Shown here one piece after another: positions 13,608-24,694 of a stretch of DNA of 64,000 nucleotides. Position 1 is the first letter of the stretch. Each line of letters starts with the position of its first letter. Source of the stretch: Nemertoderma westbladi (lineage: Eukaryota > Animalia > Xenacoelomorpha); NCBI GenBank assembly GCA_032718475.1, contig JAUCBJ010004059.1, positions 11,013-75,012 on the forward strand, given 5' to 3'. The position numbers and the translations under genes were made by a program. A model generated the notes under the pieces. The model was not told the DNA's origin and did no database searches. It was given only the letters and a program-made list of their open reading frames with translations.

Positions 13608-14163
13608 TCAGCTGAAGTGCATCTCCAGCTTTAAGCCAGAACTTGACTGTTTGTAACTACTTTGTCCAGTACTTCCATCAAAACCAGCTTTGGAGTGTAA
13701 AACTAAGCGGGATATTGTCTCTCTCGAATTTAAAACCACCGTACTAGACTCGCAAGTTCTTGCTACTGTATGGTTTAATAGATTCTGTAATGATACAGAT
13801 GCACTGTAATCAGTGACACTTATGCCTAAAGGGTAACAATCATTTTTTGCTAATTTTATATGATGGTAAGGGGGATATAAGTTTGCATTGTTACCTAAAG
13901 CATGTGCACGAAGAAGTTGATATGTTGCTTTGGTAAGTCGAGCATCTAGAAAAATTGCCAAAGCACTATTGATAGCCGTGAATTCGCCGTGATTTATTCC
14001 ATATTCTTTTATAAATAATTAAAAATGACTGTCTCAAAAAGACTATTTCTGATTCTGGAGCGAGAGGGAATGCTGTTGAAACAAACTGGCAAATTGCCTC
14101 TATATTGTCGGTCTTTCCTTCCAGATCAGAACGAATGAATTTGTGCAAATCAAGGTGTAACAT
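13608..14163 (-). pseudogene. Truncated Transib transposase (RAG1-core-related)
   Basis: LTKATYQLLR..LYPPYHHIKLAKNDCYP..ISVTDYSASVSLQNLLNHTVAR..LHSKAGFDGSTGQSSYKQ fits Transib/RAG1 motifs, including the first catalytic Asp (GxDG). The C-terminal DDE part is missing. An N-terminal piece lies in a separate ORF at 13966-14163. Confidence 0.85.
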
Positions 14164-14526
14164 AACTTATTATTAGTATTGTCGATCACCTCTTAAGAAT
14201 TTAAAATATCAATTAAATTCTGATTGAACCAGAATATAATCTTAAAATCAAATGCAGTTTGTGCCTTTGTGTATTATAACTATACTATATTCAACTATAA
14301 TGTTTGTTCTATAAATGATATATTCACAGAATGTTGTGGTTTATATACCACTGAAACTGAAACAATCACTGCATACCTCAGTCAGCTGATTTATGATAGC
14401 TTTGAAGAACATATTAACTGGTTGACCAATAATAACGAAGCAAATTATACAATGCAAAGTGGCTAGTGGTATTGTACCACTAAATACAGGAGTGTATGCT
14501 AGGCACTAATTTTATACAGGAGAGAA

Positions 14527-16361
14527 TTTTTTTTTTTTTTTTTTAATTATTTCAATTACAAGTAAAATAAACATTAACAGAACAAGCAGCATAATGAATT
14601 AATTAATGTCAACAAATTGTAGGTAATTAATAATTATTGTTGAAACTATTTAACGCAATCCCAGCCTCGGCTACAGCCGCGCTCACGCCGGTCTCCCGCA
14701 TCGTCTGTCTCGTTGCCAGCCTAGCCTTCGGCTTGCGTGCGCCCCGGAGGCACATGATGGAGGAACGGAGGAGGGCGAAACTCAACCGAGTCCTGATGAG
14801 GGAGAGAGTCTGCGAGTAGGGAGCATCCCGTTTCGCCGACAGTAGGAGCGCAATGCGTGTGAGGAGCGCGTGGGCTGAGCGGCTGGCCCCACCAGTTGTA
14901 GCAATTACAAAAGGCGAGAAGCCGGCGTGCTCGACGTCATTGATTCTCTCCTCGTACTTCCTCCGTTTCTCTCGCTCATGTTTGCTGTAAGCAGCATCCA
15001 TGGAGCGAGGATTGGAGGAGCACAGAGGGTTGAATACCTTGACGTCGATATACACCCGCTCGAAGCGCCCACCCCACAGCCCACTCGCCGCAACGTCCAG
15101 ACGGGCCTCCGGGTCTACCGTAGCAGATCTCAGGCGGAAGGACTCGCCCTCGATCGGCTGGAGATGGGGTTCCACCTCGACATCGTGTGCGACCTCGCTG
15201 AGGAGCTCGGCGAGGAAATCGCGGACCTCGTTGTGCCGCAGGATCGGGTAGGCTCCCATAGGGCAGTGAAGGGAGTGGGAGATGGTGAATACAGCACCGC
15301 AGGAGCAGTTGGCGGGCAGCCTCGGGGGCTCCCACCCAAATCGCAGACACAACGCATCCCGGAAAGCGGATTTGTGTAGGGAAAAGTTGTATCTGGAAAT
15401 GGGTAGGGCCGAGAGCCATGCCGACGCTCCACGCTCCTTCGCCAGTGTCCGATGGTAGAGGGCGTCTCCGGACAGTTGAGCATCAACCGCCGCACATCGA
15501 GACTTCACAGCCTCATCCTGCTCCTTGCGGATCTCACGCAGGATGGTCTGCTGTGTTGTACGAGCGGCTGGGTCCGAATACCGTAGGGGCTCGCACAGTC
15601 GCAACGACTTCTCGTAGCTTTCCACCTCATCCTGAGGTTGATTTATTGCTAGCCCCCCCTCCCTCACAGGGAGTGCCAGCAGCTGTCGTTCCGAAAGGCC
15701 GGGTGGGTATCTGCCAGTGAGTGTCGGGATGACTGTGCTGGAGAGCGTTTCCTCAACTCGATCCAAGTGACCGACTAACCCGGGTGTGGTGCGAGCCAAG
15801 AAGTTACCCTTCGGCTGTAAGCCACGGACCAGGCATCCGTACGTGGGGTGGGGAGCAGTCACTGCGAAATCGTTGAGGTGTTTTAGTTGGCGACAGATGA
15901 CGTCAACTCGCTTCTCCAGATACCCAGCACAGTAGGATGTGGACCCTATTACGGACCCCAGGACTCGATGACCATCGACCACTTCAACCGGGAGGCCAGA
16001 GAAAATCGCATTGGCCTCTTCGCGCTTTGAGTTCTTCACAATAAGAAATGCCTTTGTGGGGTAATATCCATAGCCAGGCCCGATGGTAGCCGCTTCCTCC
16101 CAATAGTCACGTAGCATTCCGAGGTTACCAGTAGCGCTGCCATCATCCGCATACCACTTGTGGATACCCGGAAAGGTCATCGGATCCGATGAAACCGCCT
16201 CTCGGACTAGGTAAACCCCTGGTTGGGTGGAGGAGACCGCCGGTTGTAGGGAGGAAGCCGCCGGTTGTGGTTGTAGGGGGGAACCTGCCGGTTGGAGGGG
16301 GGAATCCGCCGGTTGGAGGGGGGAACCCACCTGTTGGAATTTGGAACCCACAAACAAGGTT
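14527..16361 (-). mobile_element. 5'-truncated CRE-like non-LTR retrotransposon (RT C-half, CCHC knuckle, PD-(D/E)xK restriction-like endonuclease) nested in the Transib
   Basis: Open frame with WYADD (~16150), CSCG..HSLHC, RHNEVRD, RLDV..YIDVKV, EREKRRKY, FSPFV; stop at 14627. Poly(A) tail (T run from 14527). Candidate TSD GGAGAGAA at 14519-14526 and 16362-16369. Confidence 0.88.
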
Positions 16362-16995
16362 GGAGAGAAAATACCTTTCCACTGAGAGAGCGTATTAGAG
16401 ATACAGCCTATAATTGACAGATTTACAGTGAAATCCTTACATTTAGCTATTGATACCAATATTTGGATGTCAGTTATTGGCGTTCTGGGCAAATTGGGGC
16501 AACCCAGTTTTGTCATAATTTTGTTGTATATATGCTGGTCTTTCATTTGAATGGGAGCTTGAGGCGTAGCAAGGCCTAGCAAAAAAAATTTTGATCCCGA
16601 AAGTCCTGGAACATATTTTTTTAAAGATATTTTTCAGGTTTTAAAGAATATCACTTTTAGTATATATTTGCAATTAAAATAGTACATATTTGATATGAAA
16701 TATGAATCCGGCATAGTCTTGGCAACAATTAAAAACAAAAATTTTGAAATTTATCAAAAATTGACTGATTTATCCAATTTTTAATATTTTTCCCAATTTG
16801 GCGTGAAAATTTCATTTTTTAATTCAAATTTGAAATTTTGTGTTTGTCGAGCTAGATTTTCTTCCCAGACATGAAAATTTTGAAAGAAAGTATGTTTTTC
16901 GAGGTTTTCAGGTATGGTAAATCGAATGGTGGCATTGAAAAAAGTTTTTGAGCACATCGGTTTTTGCCTATTTTGGCCGCTTTTGACCCAATGTG

Positions 16996-19980
16996 CACCG
17001 CTATGGATGCTTGGAGACAAACAATCTCACCCCTGCTATGGATGCTTGGAGACAAACAATCTCACCACCGCTATGGATGCTTGGAGACAAACAATCTCAC
17101 CACCGCTATGGATGCTTGGAGACAAACAATCTCAGCACCGCTATGGATGCTTGAAGACAAACAATCTCAGCACCGCTATGGATGCTTGGAGACAAACAAT
17201 CTCAGCACCGCTATGGATGCTTGGAGACAAACAATCTCACCACCGCCATGGATGCTTGGAGACAAACAATCTCAGCACCGCTATGGATGCTTGGAGACAA
17301 ACAATCTCAGCACCGCTATGGATGCTTGAAGACAAACAATCTCAGCACCGCTATGGATGCTTGGAGACAAACAATCTCAGCACCGCTATGGATGCTTGGA
17401 GACAAACAATCTCACCACCGCTATGGATGCTTGAAGACAAACAATCTCAGCACCGCTATGGATGCTTGAAGACAAACAATCTCAGCACCGCTATGGATGC
17501 TTGGAGACAAACAATCTCAGCACCGCTATGGATGCTTGGAGACAAACAATCTCACCACCGCTATGGATGCTTGGAGACAAACAATCTCAGCACCGCTATG
17601 GATGCTTGGAGACAAACAATCTCACCACCGCTATGGATGCTTGGAGACAAACAATCTCAGCACCGCTATGGATGCTTGAAGACAAACAATCTCAGCACCG
17701 CTATGGATGCTTAGAGACAAAAAATCTCACCACCGCTATGGATGCTTGGAGACAAACAATCTCAGCACCGCAATGGATGCTTGGAGACAAACAATCTCAG
17801 CACCGCAATGGATGCTTGGAGACAAACAATCTCAGCACCGCTATGGATGCTTGAAGACAAACAATCTCACCACCGCTATGGATGCTTGGAGACAAACAAT
17901 CTCACCACTGCTATGGATGCTTGGAGACAAACAATCTCAGCACCGCTATGGATGCTTGAAGGCAAACAATCTCACCACCGCTATGGATGCTTGGAGACAA
18001 ACAATCTCACCACTGCTATGGATGCTTGGAGACAAACTCAGCACCGCTATGGATGCTTGGAGACAAACAATCTCAGCACCGCTATGGATGCTTGGAGACA
18101 AACAATCTCACCACCGCTATGGATGCTTGGAGACAAACAATCTCAGCACCGCTATGGATGCTTGGAGACAAACAATCTCAGCACCGCTATGGATGCTTGG
18201 AGACAAACAATCTCACCACCGCCATGGATGCTTGAAGGCAAACAATCTCACCACCGCTATGGATGCTTGGAGACAAACAATCTCACCACTGCTATGGATG
18301 CTTGGAGACAAACTCAGCACCGCTATGGATGCTTGGAGACAAACAATCTCAGCACCGCTATGGATGCTTGGAGACAAACAATCTCACCACCGCTATGGAT
18401 GCTTGGAGACAAACAATCTCAGCACCGCTATGGATGCTTGGAGACAAACAATCTCAGCACCGCTATGGATGCTTGGAGACAAACAATCTCACCACCGCTA
18501 TGGATGCTTGGAGACAAACAATCTCAGCACCGCTATGGATGCTTGGAGACAAACAATCTCAGCACCGCTATGGATGCTTGGAGACAAACAATCTCACCAC
18601 CGCCATGGATGCTTGGAGACAAACAATCTCACCACCGCCATGGATGCTTGGAGACAAACAATCTCAGCACCGCTATGGATGCTTGGAGACAAACTCAGCA
18701 CCGCTATGGATGCTTGGAGACAAACAATCTCACCACTGCTATGGATGCTTGGAGACAAACTCAGCACCGCTATGGATGCTTGGAGACAAACAATCTCAGC
18801 ACCGCTATGGATGCTTGGAGACAAACAATCTCACCACCGCTATGGATGCTTGGAGACAAACAATCTCAGCACCGCTATGGATGCTTGGAGACAAACAATC
18901 TCACCACCGCTATGGATGCTTGGAGACAAACAATCTCACCACCGCTATGGATGCTTGGAGACAAACAATCTCACCACCGCTATGGATGCTTGGAGACAAA
19001 CTCAGCACCGCTATGGATGCTTGGAGACAAACAATCTCAGCACCGCTATGGATGCTTGGAGACTAACAATCTCAGCACCGCTATGGATGCTTGGAGACAA
19101 ACAATCTCAGCACCGCTATGGATGCTTGGACACAAACAATCTCAGCACCGCTATGGATGCTTGGAGACAAACAATCTCAGCACCGCTATGGATGCTTGGA
19201 GACAAACAATCTCACCACCGCTATGGATGCTTGGAGACAAACAATCTCACCACCGCTATGGATGCTTGGAGACAAACAATCTCACCACTGCTATGAATGC
19301 TTGGAGACAAACAATCTCACCACTGCTATGGATGCTTGGAGACAAACTCCGCACCGCTATGGATGCTTGGAGACAAACAATCTCAGCACCGCAATGGATG
19401 CTTGGAGACAAACAATCTCAGCACCGCAATGGATGCTTGGAGACAAACAATCTCAGCACCGCTATGGATGCTTGAAGACAAACAATCTCACCACCGCTAT
19501 GGATGCTTGGAGACAAACAATCTCACCACTGCTATGGATGCTTGGAGACAAACAATCTCAGCACCGCTATGGATGCTTGAAGGCAAACAATCTCACCACC
19601 GCTATGGATGCTTGGAGACAAACAATCTCACCACTGCTATGGATGCTTGGAGACAAACTCAGCACCGCTATGGATGCTTGGAGACAAACAATCTCAGCAC
19701 CGCTATGGATGCTTGAAGACAAACAATCTCACCACCGCTACGGATGCTTGGAGACAAACAATCTCAGCACCGCTATGGATGCTTGGACACAAACAATCTC
19801 AGCACCGCTATGGATGCTTGGACACAAACAATCTCAGCACCGCTATGGATGCTTGAAGACAAACAATCTCACCACTGCTATGGATGCTTGGAGACAAACA
19901 ATCTCACCACCGCTATGGATGCTTGGAGACAAACAATCTCAGCACCGCTATGGATGCTTGGAGACAAACAATCTCAGCAC
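16996..19980. repeat. 35-bp satellite, ~85 copies (CACCGCTATGGATGCTTGGAGACAAACAATCTCAG/C)
   Basis: Head-to-tail units with recurrent variants (31-bp deletion unit, TTGAAG, GCAATG). No spacers. Confidence 0.97.
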
Positions 19981-21018
19981 TTTTGAATTAGTGGAACAAT
20001 CGCGAGCTTGAAATTTTTTATTTAAGTAATTATTGAATCCATTATAAATAATGTGGCGTTTTAGCACCCGTTGGTCTGATAAAGCAGTCAATAAACGAAT
20101 TATTATGCACACGCAAAATTAAGTAAAATTATTTATATGTATAAAAAATAAGATGAAAATAAAAAAAATAAAAATTGGTTTGACAGCAATTGACCATACA
20201 GTATTTAAGACAACAAATGACAATATTATATTGTAATTATATGATAAATAGATTACGACCTTAGCGGATTAAGGCAATTAAGTAAGAAACAAATGTTAAC
20301 GAGTTTAAAAAATGTTTCCATAAAACTAGAAAGCCAGCAAGCTGGCTGGAAGGAGCCCGGGGGAAGAAGCCTATTTACAAGACTATTACGAATAAACCTT
20401 TCGGTCAGCAGTAAGTAAACTAAACAATTGTCTAAACTATAAGGCGTGGGGCTAGCTGACTTTGTGGCTCGTCCCACAGAATAAAAAATGAAACTTTGCT
20501 ATGACAACGGGGAATATGAGATATTGTTAGTACACACCCCACCCGGGGGGGCCACCCCCCAAACGAAGATGACTCCCGTACACCTACTGCTGTACTGTAT
20601 GATAATAATGTTTTAAATAATCAATTCTGATCAAATGGGTTGAATAAGGCGTCGATTCAATATTAATTAACATATGAATCTAATTATTTTTCAGTCAGAA
20701 ATAATGTATATGACTTAACTGTACTATGGACTTTCACTGCCTTCATGCTTGTGCTGACCCATTTCAATTCATTCCAATGTAAACCATTTCACAGTTTTTA
20801 AAGTAACTTGTATTGTAATGAGATATGGTACCGGTACCGCGTACCGTTACTGCTGTACTGTAAGACAATCGCAGAAATACAGTGTACTGTACAGAAATAC
20901 TGTAATAGGCCGCTGATCATGCTGTCAGGTTAGGGTGCCTCCATACGATACCCTCCTGACCTCAGTAGGTAAGGTACCTACTGCAGTACCGGTACCGGAG
21001 TATACTTGAATCGCAAAG

Positions 21019-21918
21019 ATGGATTCATCTGGGCCTATCAGCGAAGGCGATACCATATTAATTAGCAGAAACTCTTCCCCTTATCAACTTTGTTTAACAA
21101 GTTTTCCTCACCAAGTTGCGGGTCACATATATGCCGGAGAGAAGAAAGCCGGTATTCTTAAGGATAAAACCGATTGTATTCTAAAGATAGTACAGGAGTC
21201 CCCGAAAGGCCCCCGGGAGGTTGATTTCTATAAAAATCTACATTCCTCAGAAGGGAATTCAGTTCACGAAGCACTCAAGTCTTTCCTCTCTTGTTACCAC
21301 GGAGTTATCGAAACACGACAACTGAAACTGTTGCGCCTCGAGGATATTACGTCTAGATTCTCTACTCCGAGTATCTTAGACGTTAAAGTCGGACGGATTA
21401 CTTACGATCCTTACGCTGATGATGAGAAAATAGCTCGGGAGAGCAGCAAATCTCCGTTGCAACAAATCTACGGGTACCTGGTGCTAGGAATGAAGGTTTA
21501 CGACCGCGCGAGTGGCGAATACAAACGGTACGATAAACGATATGGACGCAATCTAGCTGAGGATAAAGTAGTTGAGGCCTTTCGCGAGTTTCTAAGAGGA
21601 AGCGACCAGCCGGAACTAACATTGGAGCGGTTTATAAATTCCTTGCTTTACATCGAGGCGTGGTTCGAAGGACAGAAAATGTTCCATTTCTTTTCCTCTT
21701 CGCTGCTTTTCGTTTATGATAATACCCCCGGTCGGATTTTATGCTGCCATCCATCGACCAATCACAGCCCCGTCTCCACGGCAACAACAGACGTTAGACT
21801 CATCGATTTCTGCCACGCTTTCGATGCGACTAATAAAGATAAGAATTTTATCCACGGGTTGAAGAGTTTGATAGAAACACTTCGCAGAGTTTCTGACTTA
21901 TTAAATAGGTCGGTTTGA
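21019..21918 (+). CDS. IPMK: Inositol polyphosphate multikinase, single-exon CDS, 299 aa
   Basis: IPK-family motifs HQVAGH, LEDIT, PSILDVKVG (PxxxDxKxG), RITYDP, SSSLLFVYD, IDFCH. Confidence 0.92.
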   Translation: MDSSGPISEGDTILISRNSSPYQLCLTSFPHQVAGHIYAGEKKAGILKDKTDCILKIVQESPKGPREVDFYKNLHSSEGNSVHEALKSFLSCYHGVIETRQLKLLRLEDITSRFSTPSILDVKVGRITYDPYADDEKIARESSKSPLQQIYGYLVLGMKVYDRASGEYKRYDKRYGRNLAEDKVVEAFREFLRGSDQPELTLERFINSLLYIEAWFEGQKMFHFFSSSLLFVYDNTPGRILCCHPSTNHSPVSTATTDVRLIDFCHAFDATNKDKNFIHGLKSLIETLRRVSDLLNRSV

Positions 21919-22486
21919 GATACCGTAAACTAATCATTCAAAGAGCATTCAATAAATACTGCAATCAAATAGGCTTTCGGGGGACCTAATACGAAAACAA
22001 TTAGCCGAATTAGGACAAAGCTTAATAATACTGAATCATATTTAACGCAATATTCTATAGCTATATTAGGTATATATCCCTTGTAATTACTTAAAAAATC
22101 TCCACAGGAATCCCTGCCGAGTATATTTTTTTTTATTAACGATAACGTTGAGAAATTTAACGATGCCAAATTAAACTCACCTCAGTGGAAAATTAATTCC
22201 CGTACTCAGGAAAATGACCATATCTTAACTTAATATAAATATCCAATAAAATGTGAAGGAGCAAACTTAAATTTATCTGCGATGCTTAAGCAAAATCCCA
22301 TTAGTGCTCTTAGCTTCCATGTCACCGCTCGCCGTCACCGCGTCATTCTTGGTGAGTTTTTAATTATTTGGAATTTTATATTCAGCAGAAATATTTGAAT
22401 TTCTAATTTGTAGCATTGCAACTAAATTATATATACAGTACAGACGGAGATTTAGGGTATTAGTTGAACTTCTTTACTAACTATAA

Positions 22487-23789
22487 CCAACCTAACCATT
22501 GTAGTTTATATAGGGGACCAACCTAACTATTGTAGTTTATATAGGAGACCAACCTAACCATTGTAGTTTATATAGGGGACCAACCTAATCATTGTAGTTT
22601 ATATAGGGGACCAACCTAACCATTGTAGTTTATATAGGGGACCAACCTAACTATTGTAGTTTATATAGGGGACCAACCTAACCATTGTAGTTTATATAGG
22701 GGACCAACCTAACTATTGTAGTTTATATAGGGGACCAACCTAACTATTGTAGTTTATATAGGAGACCAACCTAACCATTGTAGTTTATATAGGGGACCAA
22801 CCTAACCATTGTAGTTTATATAGGGGGCCAACCTAACCATTGTAGTTTATATAGGGGACCAACCTAACCATTGTAGTTTATAATTGGGACCAACCTAACC
22901 ATTGTAGTTTATATAGGGGACCAACCTAACCATTGTAGTTTATATAGGGGACCAACCTAACCATTGTAGTTTATATAGGGGGCCAACCTAACCATTGTAG
23001 TTTATATAGGGGACCAACCTAACCATTGTAGTTTATATAGGGGGCCAACCTAACCATTGTAGTTTATATAGGGGACCAACCTAACCATTGTAGTTTATAT
23101 AGGGGACCAACCTAACCATTGTAGTTTATATAGGGGACCAACCTAACCATTGTAGTTTATATAGGGGACCAACCTAACCATTGTAGTTTATATAGGGGGC
23201 CAACCTAACCATTGTAGTTTATATAGGGGACCAACCTAACTATTGTAGTTTATATAGGGGACCAACCTAACCATTGTAGTTTATATAGGGGACCAACCTA
23301 ACCATTGTAGTTTATATTGGGGGCCAACCTAACCATTGTGGTTTATATAGGGGACCAACCTAACCATTGTAGTTTATATAGGGGACCAACCTAACCATTG
23401 TAGTTTATATAGGGGACCAACCTAACCATTGTAGTTTATATAGGGGACCAACCTAACCATTGTAGTTTATATAGGGGACCAACCTAACCATTGTAGTTTA
23501 TATAGGGGGCCAACCTAACCATTGTAGTTTATATAGGGGACCAACCTAACCATTGTAGTTTATATCGGGGACCAACCTAACCATTGTAGTTTATATAGGG
23601 GACCAACCTAACTATTGTAGTTTATATAGGGGACCAACCTAACTATTGTAGTTTATATAGGGGACCAACCTAACTATTGTAGTTTATATAGGGGACCAAC
23701 CTAACTATTGTAGTTTATATAGGGGACCAACCTAACCATTGTAGTTTATATAGGGGACCAACCTAACCATTGTAGTTTATATAGGGGGT
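22487..23789. repeat. 31-bp tandem repeat, ~42 copies (GGGGACCAACCTAACCATTGTAGTTTATATA)
   Basis: Period 31 read directly (22513 to 22544). Confidence 0.97.
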
Positions 23790-24694
23790 CCTAACGTAGT
23801 AAACATATTAAACTACATTTTGTCTCTATTTTTAAGTATTTAGATATTTTAACGTATACAAGGCATTATTTCAAAGGGTGTTTTGTACATAGTGCATGCG
23901 ATTAATATTTGTAATTGTTAGGTAAAATTTGTGTGTTTTATAGGCCTAACTAACTTCTTACAATAATATGATTCGGCCAATATTATTCATTGCATTGTAA
24001 ATGTCTCGCATTTTTATTTTCAATATTAGTTATTCAGCAAACAATGTCAGTTCTCGTATACTACCGGTATTAGCCTACATTCAATTGCATTTAAGTTTTA
24101 GGATTTCGAATTGATTTAATAAAATATGTTGCAATAATCTGTTATTTACCGTATGGTATATACTACCCACCCATACCAACCCAGTATCTGTGTAATAATA
24201 ACATGAAGTAGATTATTTGTTTTAAGAGATAATTGGTAACTAATTCTGTGTCTTCCCTTTCACTGCAGTGTATATTATTAGTCGGTTTATTTAACCTTTG
24301 TGTGCTCTCATATTAACTTCATCCTTTACTCACCTTGTATGTTGTTGATGTTTCTCACTGTGATTATTTAACCTTGTGTGCTCTCATATTCGTCCTATCC
24401 CATTACTTACATTACATCACATTACTATGTAACTCGAAATATTTAACTTTTTTGTGTGCTTAGCTTACTTTAGATCTACTTAAATTTTTATTAGTCGTTT
24501 TGTAATATTTTCTTTATTAACCGTTTTGTTCATCATATTATTTTCTTTTTTGTCTTTAGAATTTTTGTTAATTTTTCAAATTATATGTTCAGAAGTGTCT
24601 GAAGCAGTTAAATGTAATTATGATGTTTTTAAGATTGCTCTAGCAAAATAAGGAATATATAGCAACATAGTTTAACACACAATAAATAAATGTA

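Larger units (their letters stand above)
13079..16995 (-). mobile_element. Transib DNA transposon (internally deleted, non-autonomous) inserted in the 35-bp satellite
   Basis: Ends are CACAGTGGGTCAGAA (13079) and, reverse-complemented, CACATTGGGTCAAAA (16995). 5-bp GC-rich TSD CACCG at 13074-13078 and 16996-17000. Contains a Transib transposase fragment. Confidence 0.9.

Noticed and set aside
14627-16582. Single intact 651-aa host gene
   Set aside because: Composite of Transib internal sequence, a repeat segment and a 5'-truncated retrotransposon ORF. It starts at a non-ATG codon and lacks the RT N-half.
13079-16995. Complete ProtoRAG/RAG1L-RAG2L transposon
   Set aside because: No RAG2-like kelch/PHD ORF and no RAG1 N-terminal RING is visible; the transposase fragment has Transib-type spacing and is truncated.
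16996-19980. CRISPR array (35-bp, partly palindromic repeats) and the long repetitive ORFs over it
   Set aside because: Units are head-to-tail with no unique spacers, there are no cas genes, and the context is eukaryotic. The ORFs are artefacts of a stop-poor 35-mer cycling through frames.
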